From: Clostridiales bacterium
Lineage (GTDB): Bacteria > Bacillota > Clostridia > Monoglobales > WRBX01
NCBI GenBank assembly: GCA_031261985.1
Contig: JAISIR010000008.1
Location: 2,122 to 66,121 of the forward strand
Direction of reading: 5' to 3'
Length of the DNA: 64,000 nucleotides
In this document: piece after piece, positions 21,059 through 31,919 of the stretch
Position numbering within the stretch: position 1 is the stretch's first letter
How the letters are laid out: each line of letters opens with the position of its first letter
Position numbers and translations under genes: made by a program
The notes under the pieces: generated by a model
What the model was told of the DNA's origin: nothing
The model's database searches: none
The model's input: only the letters and a program-made list of their open reading frames with translations

Positions 21059-21197
21059 CGTCATTCTGAACTCGATTCAGAATCTATATGCTTATTTTAA
21101 ATGAAAAAAGTTGATTACAACTTAGCGTATAGATTCCGCGTCTAGCGCGGAATGACAGGATTGTTACTAAGTGCCAATGCTGGTGCGAGGAATGACG
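21059..21197. repeat. CGTC/REP-like palindromic doublet plus a partial third unit
   Basis: GTCATTCTGAACTCGATTCAGAATCTATATGCT (21060-21092) and an inverted unit reading GTCATTCCGCGCTAGACGCGGAATCTATACGCT on the minus strand (21124-21156); partial GGAATGACG at 21189-21197. Confidence 0.75.
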
Positions 21198-21265
21198 GAT
21201 TGCGTTTATTCCTGGAAATTGTTTTGTAAACCGTTTAGCAAACTAGCAAAAAAAGGAGCAATATC

Positions 21266-22432
21266 ATGTCGACAAAACGTGATTATTATGAAGTTTTAGG
21301 TATAAATAAAAGTGCGTCGGCAGATGAAATTAAGAAGGCGTATAGAAAGCTTGCGAAGAAATATCACCCAGATATGAACCAAGACGACGAGAATGCCAAG
21401 GAAAAGTTTCAAGAAATTGGTGAGGCTTATGAGGTGTTAAGCGACACCTCTAAGCGCGCTAATTACGATAGGTTTGGACATGCTGCCGCTAATGGTAATT
21501 ATGGTGGTGGCTATGGCGGCGCAGGCGGATATGGAGGGTATCAATACTCATCTGGCGGCGGGTTCAACGATTTTGACTTTAACTTTGGTGGATTCTCGGA
21601 TATCTTTGATTTATTTGGTGGTGGTGCGGGTAAAAATCGCGCGTCTAAGACAGGACCCTTGCGTGGGAACGATTTAAACAGAAGCATCGAGCTTACTTTT
21701 GAAGAGGCTGCGAATGGCGTTAGTAAGACGATAAATGTGACTCATACCGAGAAATGCTCGACCTGTAACGGAAGAGGTGCTAAAAATGCTTCGGATGTTG
21801 AAACTTGCAAAGTTTGTAACGGGACGGGGCAGATTAAGAAGCAAATTAACACTTTTTTAGGTGTTTCGATGTCGGTTCAGGCGTGTAATCATTGCCATGG
21901 AACGGGGAAAATTATCAAGAATAAATGCGCAACTTGTGATGGAAAGGGCGAGGTGCGCAAGAGTAAGTCGCTTAATGTTAAGTTCCCTGCTGGGATAAAC
22001 ACAGGCGAGAGCTTGCGTGTAGCAGGCGAGGGTGATGCAGGAAAGCGTGGCGGAAGTAGTGGTGATTTGCTGCTTCAGGTTCGTATTAAGCCACATAGCA
22101 TTTGGTCGCGGCGCGGGTATGACGTGTATATGGATTTGCCGATTACCATAGTTGAGGCTTGCCTTGGTGGCGAAGTTAAGGTGCCGACTGTGTACGAGAT
22201 GTCTACTTTGAAAATTCCTGAGGGAACGCAAAACGCAACCGTCTTTAGAATGAAAGGCAAGGGGATTAAGCATTTAAGGGGAAATGGCGCGGGTGACCAT
22301 TACATAACTATTAATGTTGAGGTGCCGAAGTCGCTTTCGTCTAAGGATAAAAAAGCAATGCGTGAGCTTACCAAAAGTGGTGTTTACAAAGAACGGAAGA
22401 AATATGAGCAAGCAGTGGCAAGTATAAAGTAG
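21266..22432 (+). CDS. dnaJ: Chaperone DnaJ
   Basis: J domain with HPD, G/F region, four CxxCxGxG repeats. Confidence 0.98.
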   Translation: MSTKRDYYEVLGINKSASADEIKKAYRKLAKKYHPDMNQDDENAKEKFQEIGEAYEVLSDTSKRANYDRFGHAAANGNYGGGYGGAGGYGGYQYSSGGGFNDFDFNFGGFSDIFDLFGGGAGKNRASKTGPLRGNDLNRSIELTFEEAANGVSKTINVTHTEKCSTCNGRGAKNASDVETCKVCNGTGQIKKQINTFLGVSMSVQACNHCHGTGKIIKNKCATCDGKGEVRKSKSLNVKFPAGINTGESLRVAGEGDAGKRGGSSGDLLLQVRIKPHSIWSRRGYDVYMDLPITIVEACLGGEVKVPTVYEMSTLKIPEGTQNATVFRMKGKGIKHLRGNGAGDHYITINVEVPKSLSSKDKKAMRELTKSGVYKERKKYEQAVASIK

Positions 22433-22468
22433 TTTTTGTGTATTCTGTTTTATCAATCATAAAGAAAT

Positions 22469-23233
22469 GTGCGTGATGCTATGTTTAATTTTAAGCAAAA
22501 AAATGTGGTAATGCCTAAGGATTCTACCGTGTCGGTTGTAATTGTTGCGGCAGGGAGTGGCGAGCGTTTAGCTGCTGAAGCAGGCGCGGAAAACGGTAAA
22601 GCGTTATTACAAGTGGCTGGCAAGCCGTTGATTCAGCATTCGCTTGAAATTTTTGCGCAAGTGGATAGGGTTAAGGACATTATTGTTGTCGCGCGCGAGA
22701 TTGATATCTTGGCGATATATGACATCGTAAACAACGAGCAAATTCCTAAAGTTCGCAACATTGTACCTGGCGGTTCAACGCGCCAACACTCGGTTTATAA
22801 TGGGTTGAAAGAGGTATCGACAGATTATGTTTTGATTCATGATGCTGCGCGCCCTTGCATTACGCTTGATGATATTAACGATTTAATTACGCGATTGGTA
22901 GAAAATGGGCGGCCTGTTACCTTGGCATCTAAAATTATCGACACCATAAATCGCGTGCAAAATGGTACGATTGTTGACACTCTTGACCGCGATGAATTGT
23001 TTGTAGTCCAGACTCCGCAAGGGTTTAACACAACTAAGCTAAAACATGCGCACGAGAAGGCGATTGACGATGGTTTTGAATCGACTGACGATGCTGGATT
23101 GCTTGAAAATTTTGGCGAGAAGGTGCATATTGTTCGTGGCTCGTCGCAGAATATAAAAATTACTTACCCTGACGATGTGTTAGTTGCCGAAGCGATTTTG
23201 GCAGCGAGGGAGAATGTTTATGGCGTCTTCTAA
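22469..23233 (+). CDS. ispD: 2-C-methyl-D-erythritol 4-phosphate cytidylyltransferase
   Basis: VAAGSGERL, GGSTRQHSV, IHDAARP, QTPQGF, TDD, KITYPDD. Start uncertain (22469-22511). Confidence 0.93.
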   Translation: MRDAMFNFKQKNVVMPKDSTVSVVIVAAGSGERLAAEAGAENGKALLQVAGKPLIQHSLEIFAQVDRVKDIIVVAREIDILAIYDIVNNEQIPKVRNIVPGGSTRQHSVYNGLKEVSTDYVLIHDAARPCITLDDINDLITRLVENGRPVTLASKIIDTINRVQNGTIVDTLDRDELFVVQTPQGFNTTKLKHAHEKAIDDGFESTDDAGLLENFGEKVHIVRGSSQNIKITYPDDVLVAEAILAARENVYGVF

Positions 23234-23717
23234 TAATGTATCTTCGCTTAGGATAGGGCAAGGTTACGATGTGCATAAATTGGTGCATGGCAGGCGGCTT
23301 GTTCTTTGTGGCGAGGAAATCCCCCACGAAAAAGGTTTGCTAGGGCATTCGGACGCTGATGTTGCGACTCATGCGCTTATAGATAGCTTGCTTGGGGCTG
23401 CAGGGTTGGGTGATATTGGTAGGCACTTCCCTGATTCTGATGTTAGCTTTAAAGATGCGAATAGTTTAAGTTTGCTTGCACGAGTGGTTGACATAATCTA
23501 CGACTATACTATTATAAATGTCGACCTTACGATTGTTGCGCAAGAGCCTAAATTAGCGGGGTATATCCCTAAAATGCAGACTAATTTAGTAAGAATTTTG
23601 CGGTGTGATAATGTCAACATAAAGGCGACGACTACCGAGGGGCTTGGCTTTGAGGGGCGTTGCGAGGGGATTAGTGCTAAATGCGTGTGTTTGCTACAGA
23701 AAAATAACGATAATTAA
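23220..23717 (+). CDS. ispF: 2-C-methyl-D-erythritol 2,4-cyclodiphosphate synthase
   Basis: RIGQGYDVH, GHSDADV, GDIGRHFPD, KATTTEGLGF; ATG at 23220 overlaps the end of ispD. Confidence 0.95.
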   Translation: MASSNNVSSLRIGQGYDVHKLVHGRRLVLCGEEIPHEKGLLGHSDADVATHALIDSLLGAAGLGDIGRHFPDSDVSFKDANSLSLLARVVDIIYDYTIINVDLTIVAQEPKLAGYIPKMQTNLVRILRCDNVNIKATTTEGLGFEGRCEGISAKCVCLLQKNNDN

Positions 23718-23766
23718 AACTATCTGCAGATATTTATAATTTTTAGAAATTTACAAGGGTTGATTT

Positions 23767-23793
23767 TTAGCACTCGTTGTTATAAAGTGATAA
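23767..23793 (+). promoter_or_regulatory. CIRCE operator upstream of groES
   Basis: TTAGCACTC-N9-AAGTGATAA (2 mismatches in the right arm). Confidence 0.85.
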
Positions 23794-23859
23794 CAGGAAT
23801 TACAATGTATCAAATATAGATTTACACTTAAATTAAAAATTAATGAGGAGGAGTTTAAA

Positions 23860-24144
23860 ATGAACATACAACCACTTGCAGACCGTGTTGTATTAAAGCC
23901 TACAGAGGCAGAAGAAGTTACTAAAAGCGGGATTGTCCTACCAGGAAATGCTCAAGAAAAGCCCCAAATTGCTGAGGTTGTAGCAGTTGGTCCAGGCGGA
24001 ATTGTTAATGGCGATGAGGTTAAAATGGAAGTTGCTATTGGCGATAAAGTCTTAATTTCTAAGTATTCTGGTACCGAGGTTAAGGTTGATGGCGAGGAGT
24101 ATACTATTGTTCGTCAGATGGATATTTTAGCAAAGATTGCTTAA
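23860..24144 (+). CDS. groES: Co-chaperonin GroES
   Basis: PLADRVVLK, TKSGIVLP, VAVGPG. Confidence 0.98.
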   Translation: MNIQPLADRVVLKPTEAEEVTKSGIVLPGNAQEKPQIAEVVAVGPGGIVNGDEVKMEVAIGDKVLISKYSGTEVKVDGEEYTIVRQMDILAKIA

Positions 24145-24205
24145 GGTGTTGATTACACTTAAGTAAATCAAGACTAAAATATCAAAACGAGTTAAACAAA
24201 TTTAA

Positions 24206-25855
<1,650 letters not shown>

Positions 25856-25925
25856 GATTCCGCTTAAGTTGGCATAAATTAACTTGCCCGCTTTGTGAGA
25901 TATATCGGGAGTAATACTCCGACAG

Positions 25926-25964
25926 AAATCCCTTTTATTGCTTATGCAATGAAGGGGATTTTTT
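25926..25964 (+). terminator. Intrinsic terminator after groEL
   Basis: AAATCCCTTTTATTGC-TTAT-GCAATGAAGGGGATTT stem (with G.U pairs) followed by a T run. Confidence 0.75.
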
Positions 25965-26000
25965 CGAGTGTGATGCAATGATTTTTTGAAACTATAAGAT

Positions 26001-26017
26001 TTAACACAAACTTAACA
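26001..26017 (+). promoter_or_regulatory. TTAACA-N5-TTAACA direct repeat (OmpR/PhoP/WalR-type box)
   Basis: Exact hexamer repeat with 11-bp period, 18 bp upstream of a -35 element. Confidence 0.5.
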
Positions 26018-26035
26018 TAACACATTGAAATTGCA

Positions 26036-26064
26036 TTGACTTTTACGATTAAATGTGATATAAT
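26036..26064 (+). promoter_or_regulatory. sigma-A promoter for the orphan gene at 26097
   Basis: TTGACT-N17-TATAAT with extended TG. Confidence 0.75.
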
Positions 26065-26096
26065 TTTTCTGTAAAAGTTATATCGGGGGAGAAACT

Positions 26097-27242
26097 ATGG
26101 ATGATTTAAAAATACTCCGCGCTGACGGCACGCCTTATCCTGATGCTCGCGTCAAGATGCAAAAAGATTTAAGCTGTTATATCAATCAAGAGTTAGGAAT
26201 AACCAAAGAAAATTTAAAATCAGTTTTAAAAGCGATAGAAAAAAACGCAACAGATTTAGATGCTACCGAGCAAGCCAAGCTTATGGATTCGCTTTTGAAT
26301 GTTTATATCGATTCCGATGTAATTATAGAATTTATGCGAGAAGTCAAGCTTTATTATGGGCAAGAAGAACTACTAAAAGCAAGTATGTATCTTAAAAAGA
26401 GCGACGCTAATGAAATTTTTAAACTAGCTTACGAAAAATTCGGTTTTCATTTAACGAATAATTATGAGAGTAGAATAGACCGACAGATAAGTTCTATCGA
26501 CGATTATTTTCACACGCCGAATCTTAAATATAAAGACAATGATGTCGGACGAAATTCTCTGACTTATTTAATAGATAACGCCAAAAACGAAGAAGCATTT
26601 TTATTCGTCATTTCTAGAATAAAAGAGAATAATTTTGATAAATCTTGGATTCAATATGCGTTAGAAAAAATCGAATTCCCCATTACTGACCATTTTTACA
26701 ACCAATTACTAATGTTAGGGCTTGAAAAATCTCATAAAAAGGTCATGGATGAACTCTATTCAAAACTTCCTAAAAATCAAGACGCTATCACTCCTAAAGA
26801 TTATTTGAAAATGTTAAGGAGTAAACAGATTACTAAAGAAGAATTTGTCGAAAAACTTACTATTAAAGAACGAATTGCTTTTTTGTTAGAAGAAGCTGAT
26901 GTGAAAGACCAAATTTATCTGCTAAAAAATCATTTAGTTAATTACGACTCTCTATTTTTATTGCCGCGTGCCGAAGGTTTAAATATGAGGTATTATTTTG
27001 AATTGCTTAAAAACCGCAAGATTACCAAAGAAGATTTTGCCGCGCTGTTTAACGATAAAACCAAGCTAGAATTATTTAATATTTTAGATGTTCCTGATAA
27101 ACTTTATTTGATAGAACAAAAGGTAATGGATAAGAACTCTTTTGGTAATCGGGAATCAAAATCTGAATTCTTTGATAAAGCCGAGATAGAAGTGCAAATT
27201 AGTTTCATACATCGCCAATTTTCTTTTGTATGGTGCTGTTAG
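26097..27242 (+). CDS. Hypothetical alpha-helical protein with an internal ~60-aa duplication; probably the 5' part of a frameshifted gene
   Basis: Long ORF with its own promoter; no family recognised; repeat pair YLKMLRSKQITKEEF / YFELLKNRKITKEDF. Confidence 0.7.
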   Translation: MDDLKILRADGTPYPDARVKMQKDLSCYINQELGITKENLKSVLKAIEKNATDLDATEQAKLMDSLLNVYIDSDVIIEFMREVKLYYGQEELLKASMYLKKSDANEIFKLAYEKFGFHLTNNYESRIDRQISSIDDYFHTPNLKYKDNDVGRNSLTYLIDNAKNEEAFLFVISRIKENNFDKSWIQYALEKIEFPITDHFYNQLLMLGLEKSHKKVMDELYSKLPKNQDAITPKDYLKMLRSKQITKEEFVEKLTIKERIAFLLEEADVKDQIYLLKNHLVNYDSLFLLPRAEGLNMRYYFELLKNRKITKEDFAALFNDKTKLELFNILDVPDKLYLIEQKVMDKNSFGNRESKSEFFDKAEIEVQISFIHRQFSFVWCC

Positions 27243-27717
27243 TAATTTATCACTTAAGCAAATGGAGGCGATAGAAAATGCGGGTCATAAAGGATATGAT
27301 TCATCATTAACAGGCGTTATTGAATGCCGTTGGAAAAGTGATTGCGGAAGGTGTTCGGTAGAGTCAAATAGGGAAAAACTTAAAAACGGCGTGTTCGGCT
27401 TTTTAAAACTTAATAGTTTGGGAAGTGATGAAGGCGGCAGAACTCATGAGCGATTCCGGCTAGATACTTATCATTGGGCTCCAGATAAAGATTATGATTC
27501 CTCGAGATATATGGACGAACTGGAAAGAGTAGAAAGATGCCTAGGCGGTTATCGCGAATATAAACGAAGCGAAGATGTAGATAAAGCAATAAAGGAGTAT
27601 AAGCAAAGAGTAATAGCTCGCAGGCGGAAGTATAAACCAGTAATCAAAAAGAATATTGCCACTCATGCTAAAGAGTTTAAACTTAACCCAATTAACAAAA
27701 GACGCTATTGTAGATAA
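27226..27717 (+). CDS. Hypothetical protein; probably the 3' part of the preceding gene in the +1 frame
   Basis: Overlaps the upstream ORF, has no RBS, and its frame is open from about 27192; basic C-terminus. Confidence 0.5.
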   Translation: MYGAVSNLSLKQMEAIENAGHKGYDSSLTGVIECRWKSDCGRCSVESNREKLKNGVFGFLKLNSLGSDEGGRTHERFRLDTYHWAPDKDYDSSRYMDELERVERCLGGYREYKRSEDVDKAIKEYKQRVIARRRKYKPVIKKNIATHAKEFKLNPINKRRYCR

Positions 27718-27730
27718 TAGCGTCTTTTTT
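27697..27730 (+). terminator. Intrinsic terminator, probably bidirectional
   Basis: Perfect 13-bp stem AAAAGACGCTATT/AATAGCGTCTTTT plus T run, between convergent genes. Confidence 0.85.
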
Positions 27731-27771
27731 TGTATCAAACATTGCTTGTAACCGTGCTAAATATTGGTTAA

Positions 27772-28068
27772 TTACTCGGCGAACTTAAACTCGTCTTTAT
27801 GTTTTTGTTGGAATAATACAAAAACCGCTTCAGAGATTTTTTCGTCCTCGACAGCCTCAAACATAACCTCTTCGTTCTCGGTTATTTGTTTCATAACAAA
27901 AACTTCGGCTTCGTCTCCGGCTGAATCTTCTGTAAGATTCTCTTCAAACGGAGTGATAAGTGCGTACTCGCCACCATTGTATTCAACGGTATCTAGAAGT
28001 TCAAATTCGATTGTAACTCCGTCGTTATCGGTTAGAGCAACAACTTGGATTTCTTTTTCATCAGCCAT
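27772..28068 (-). CDS. DUF1292-like acidic protein
   Basis: VALTDNDGVTIEFELLDTVEYNGGEYAL; next to ruvX as is usual in Firmicutes. Confidence 0.8.
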   Translation of the reverse strand: MADEKEIQVVALTDNDGVTIEFELLDTVEYNGGEYALITPFEENLTEDSAGDEAEVFVMKQITENEEVMFEAVEDEKISEAVFVLFQQKHKDEFKFAE

Positions 28069-28173
28069 TATAATCTCCTCCTTAGGGATTTTAACTTAAT
28101 GTATAGGTAAATAAAGTTTACATAATTATAACGAGTAGTATATGTATTAGCAAGATTAATGAAAATGTTCGGC

Positions 28174-28605
28174 TTAGCCTATGCTTTTTAAGTAGTCTTC
28201 TAAAATAATCACGGCAGAAAGGACATCGACCGAAGATTTACCTTTTTTAGTGTTGATGCCACATTCTTGCATAATAGAAGTAGCTTGTTTAGTGGTTAAT
28301 CGCTCGTCGTAAAAGGTAATTTTGCAAGCGTGGTTGATAATTTCCAACTGGGTCTTAAGTATTTCGGCAAACGTTTTAGTTTTTTGCGCCCTAAAGCCAA
28401 GCGTGCCATCCATATTTTTAGGCAGACCAACGACGATAGTATGAACGGAGCTATCCTTTGCAAGGCTTGCCACTTTAGTAGCTACAATTTTGGCAGAATC
28501 AGAGATAATTGTATCTAAAGGTTGGGCTATAATGCCAAGAGGGTCGGAAATTGCGACACCTGTTCGTTTATCGCCAAAATCTATTGCCATAATTTTATTA
28601 ATCAT
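28174..28605 (-). CDS. ruvX: YqgF/RuvX RNase H-fold resolvase-like protein
   Basis: MAIDFGDKRTGVAISD, VVGLPKNMDG, YDERLTT, VD..SA..IL. Confidence 0.93.
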   Translation of the reverse strand: MINKIMAIDFGDKRTGVAISDPLGIIAQPLDTIISDSAKIVATKVASLAKDSSVHTIVVGLPKNMDGTLGFRAQKTKTFAEILKTQLEIINHACKITFYDERLTTKQATSIMQECGINTKKGKSSVDVLSAVIILEDYLKSIG

Positions 28606-28651
28606 TACTATAATTGTACCACATATTAAGGGTTATGTCAAGCAAAAGTTT

Positions 28652-30217
28652 TTAGTGTCTAAAATGGCGCATGCCTGTAAAAATCATAGCTATGCCATAT
28701 TTGTTGCATAAATCTATGCTATCGTTGTCGCGAATGCTTCCACCAGGCTGAATTATTGCGGTAATGCCTGCTTTTGCCGCGGTTTCGACACAATCACTAA
28801 ATGGGAAGAAAGCATCTGATGCCATAACCGAGCCGCGAGCTTTATCTTCGCCTGCAAATTTAAGGGCAAGCTCTAGGGCGGTAATTCTGTTGGTCTGACC
28901 AGGGCCGACACCGACTGTTGCGTAATCTTTAGCTAGCACAATTCCGTTGGATTTTGCATATTTAACCGCCAAATATGCGAACCTAAGCTGCTCCATTCCT
29001 TCAGGCGTAGGCTGCTTTGTAGTGACGGTTTTGCACTCGGTTATAAAGCCGGTGTTTAGGTCTTGAATCAACAGACCTCCGCCCACTTTTTTAGTGTCTA
29101 CTCCTATAGTTTTACGCTCGAAATCTGGCAGCTCTAGCACACGAAGGTTAGGCTTTTGCTCGAAAACCTTTAAAGCCTCGGGGGTGTAGCTAGGTGCGAT
29201 TACAATTTCTAAGAAAATTTTGACCATTTCGTTCGCAGTTGCTTCATCAATTTGCGCGTTCGTAGCAACAATTCCGCCGAAGATAGAAACAGGGTCGGCA
29301 TTATAGGCACTTAAATATGTATCGTAAATATTAGTTCCAATGGCTACACCGCAGGGGTTTGCATGCTTTACAGCCACAACAGCTACCTCGCGTGAGTTGT
29401 TTTCTAGCTTGGTTAAATCTTGAACCAAACTTAGTGCCGCTTCGGTATCATTGACGTTATTAAACGAGATTTCCTTACCTTGAATCTGCTTTGCGCCTGC
29501 AATTGTGCCACTAACATCAAGCGGTTCGCGATAGAACGCTGCCGATTGATGAGGATTCTCGCCATAGCGCATATCCTGAGCTTTTTCGTAAGTTAAAGTT
29601 AGTTTATCGGGATACTTGCCAAAATCGCCTTCTTGACGAAGATAGTTGCAAATTAGGGCATCGTAAGCGGCGGTGTGTTCAAAAACTTTGTAGGCAAGCT
29701 CGCGTTTTAGGGCAGACGCCTTCATACCATTTAGAGGAAGCTTGCTATTTAACATATCTAAAACTCGCGAATAATCGGCAACATCGCACACGACAAACAC
29801 GTCTTGCCAGTTTTTAGCAGCGGCGCGAATAGCGGTTGGGCCGCCGATATCTATGTTCTCGATAGCTTGCTCGAAAGTACAATCGGGCTTGCTAATAGTC
29901 GCTTTAAAAGGGTACAAATTAATGGCAACAATGTCGATAGGTTCTACGTTTAACTCGGCTATTTGGCGCATATGCTCGGGGTTAGAGCGCATTGCTAAAA
30001 TGCCTGCGTGAATGTTAGGGTGCATGGTTTTAACACGACCATCTAAACACTCGGGGAAGTTAGTGATTTTAGTAACAGATATAGCGTTTACACCTGCATC
30101 TTGCAATGTTTTTAGAGTGCCGCCAGTAGAAATAATTTCGTAACCTTTTGCCTCTAAACCTTTTGCGAAATCCACCACGCCGGTTTTATCCGACACACTT
30201 ATGAAAGCTCTTGCCAT
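28652..30217 (-). CDS. purH: Bifunctional AICAR transformylase/IMP cyclohydrolase
   Basis: ISVSDKTG, DGRVKTMHP, DIGGP, MRYGENPHQ, KHANPCG, SDAFFPF, GMRHFRH. Confidence 0.98.
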   Translation of the reverse strand: MARAFISVSDKTGVVDFAKGLEAKGYEIISTGGTLKTLQDAGVNAISVTKITNFPECLDGRVKTMHPNIHAGILAMRSNPEHMRQIAELNVEPIDIVAINLYPFKATISKPDCTFEQAIENIDIGGPTAIRAAAKNWQDVFVVCDVADYSRVLDMLNSKLPLNGMKASALKRELAYKVFEHTAAYDALICNYLRQEGDFGKYPDKLTLTYEKAQDMRYGENPHQSAAFYREPLDVSGTIAGAKQIQGKEISFNNVNDTEAALSLVQDLTKLENNSREVAVVAVKHANPCGVAIGTNIYDTYLSAYNADPVSIFGGIVATNAQIDEATANEMVKIFLEIVIAPSYTPEALKVFEQKPNLRVLELPDFERKTIGVDTKKVGGGLLIQDLNTGFITECKTVTTKQPTPEGMEQLRFAYLAVKYAKSNGIVLAKDYATVGVGPGQTNRITALELALKFAGEDKARGSVMASDAFFPFSDCVETAAKAGITAIIQPGGSIRDNDSIDLCNKYGIAMIFTGMRHFRH

Positions 30218-30282
30218 TTTTAAATTTTCTCCTTTATTATATAAATACGCTGCGCGCGAGTAATCGCGCTCTGCTTGTAAAG

Positions 30283-30846
30283 TTATATGTTTAAAATTTG
30301 TTTGACAACTTGAGGAAGAATCATGTGCTCAGCCTGTTGCATCACACGTTTTTGCAAGGTTTCGGGCGTGTCGTTTGGCAAAATTTGTACACATTTTTGT
30401 GCGATGATTTCGCCGCCGTCAACAATATCGTTAACATAATGCACAGTCGCGCCAGTTACTTTTACACCACGATTCAGGGCGGCTTCGTGAACTTTTAACC
30501 CATAAAAACCATCACCGCAAAAAGAAGGGATAAGCGAGGGGTGGACGTTGATAATTTTTTTATCGAAAGTGGTTAGGATATCGCCTTTTAGAATTTTAGT
30601 GTAGCCTGCTAGGACGATTAAATCTATTTGAAGGTCGGTAAGAGTTTTTAACAGTTGCGTATCGTCGTCGATTAAAGCGGTGTCAATTCCTGCAATCCCC
30701 GCCCTTTGCAAGGCATATGCACCAGCTTTGTTAGAGATTACAATGGTAATATATTTAGCTAAATCGTTATCGATTAACGCTTGTAAATTAGTTCCGCCGC
30801 CGCTTACTAAAACCGCTATTCGCTTGTTATTTTCAGTATTGTTCAT
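30283..30846 (-). CDS. purN: Phosphoribosylglycinamide formyltransferase
   Basis: VLVSGGGTNLQAL, INVHPSLIP, GATVHYV; probable start at 30846. Confidence 0.95.
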   Translation of the reverse strand: MNNTENNKRIAVLVSGGGTNLQALIDNDLAKYITIVISNKAGAYALQRAGIAGIDTALIDDDTQLLKTLTDLQIDLIVLAGYTKILKGDILTTFDKKIINVHPSLIPSFCGDGFYGLKVHEAALNRGVKVTGATVHYVNDIVDGGEIIAQKCVQILPNDTPETLQKRVMQQAEHMILPQVVKQILNI

Positions 30847-30893
30847 GAAAATATCCTTTCGGTTATTATTTGCGTTGTGCCACAAAGATGAGA

Positions 30894-31916
30894 TTATAGC
30901 AGGATTATTCCGTCATCGCCAGCAACAACTTCGCCGATTTCGTACGCGCTATCGCCTAAAATTTTTAGTGCAGCATCGGGCTGAGAAGTGGCAATTACCA
31001 TGCCGACGCCCATGTTGAAGGTGTTGTACATCTCGTTTTTAGGAACATTGCCTAGGCGCGAAATCATGTTAAAAATAGGGTGAATTTGAACTTTTGAGGT
31101 ATCAATTTTTGCAGTCATACCATTTGGCAACATGCGCGGAATGTTTTCGATAAATCCTCCGCCTGTGATGTGAGAAATGGCGGAAATGTCGCAATTATCG
31201 ATTAAATTTAGAACTTCTTTAACGTAAATTTTTGTAGGTGTTAAAAGCACGTCGCAAATTTTAGCGCCAAGTTCTTCGGAATATTGATTGATTCTATTTA
31301 GCGCAGAATCGTCGAAAATACCGAAGATTGAGCGGACAAGCGAGAAGCCATTGCTATGTACCCCGCTAGATTTAATGCCGATTAATGTTTGACCAGGCTT
31401 AACTTTTTCGCCCGTTATAATTTTACTTTTTTCGACCGCACCAACGGCGAACCCTGCTAAATCGTACTCGTCTTCGGGGTAAAAGCCAGGCATCTCGGCA
31501 GTTTCGCCGCCGATAAGGCTGCAACCTGCAATAACGCAACCATCTGCTACCCCTTTTACAATTTGCTCAACTTTGTTGGGGTAGTTTTTGCCGACTGCCA
31601 AATAGTCTAGGAAAAACAAAGGCTTAGCCCCGCCACAAACTATATCGTTAACACACATTGCAACGCAATCTTGACCGATAGTATCGTGGCGATTCATGAT
31701 AAACGCTAACTTTAACTTGGTGCCAACGCCGTCGGTTCCACTAACTAACACAGGCTCCTTAAGCTTTAAACTAGATATATCGAATGCGCCGCCAAACCCG
31801 CCAAGCCCGCCTAACACAGCGTTTGACATTGTTTTTGCTACATGTTTTTTGATTAGATTAACGCTTTCGTACCCTGCTTCTACGTCTACACCAGCGTTTT
31901 TGTAATGTGTATTCAA
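30894..31916 (-). CDS. purM: AIR synthetase
   Basis: YKNAGVD, GTDGVGTK, GGETAEMPG, HITGGG, FNMGVG. Confidence 0.97.
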   Translation of the reverse strand: MNTHYKNAGVDVEAGYESVNLIKKHVAKTMSNAVLGGLGGFGGAFDISSLKLKEPVLVSGTDGVGTKLKLAFIMNRHDTIGQDCVAMCVNDIVCGGAKPLFFLDYLAVGKNYPNKVEQIVKGVADGCVIAGCSLIGGETAEMPGFYPEDEYDLAGFAVGAVEKSKIITGEKVKPGQTLIGIKSSGVHSNGFSLVRSIFGIFDDSALNRINQYSEELGAKICDVLLTPTKIYVKEVLNLIDNCDISAISHITGGGFIENIPRMLPNGMTAKIDTSKVQIHPIFNMISRLGNVPKNEMYNTFNMGVGMVIATSQPDAALKILGDSAYEIGEVVAGDDGIILL

Positions 31917-31919
31917 GAA

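Noticed and set aside
27764-28099. Plus-strand 111-aa ORF
   Set aside because: Antisense shadow of the DUF1292-like gene, which has the RBS and family features.
28116-28132. TTTACA-N5-ATAACG as a fifth response-regulator box
   Set aside because: The second half-site mismatches and overlaps a -10 element; compatible with chance in AT-rich DNA.
30250-30268. GCGCGA-GTAA-TCGCGC hairpin between purN and purH
   Set aside because: Single short intercistronic stem-loop with no second copy seen; ordinary.
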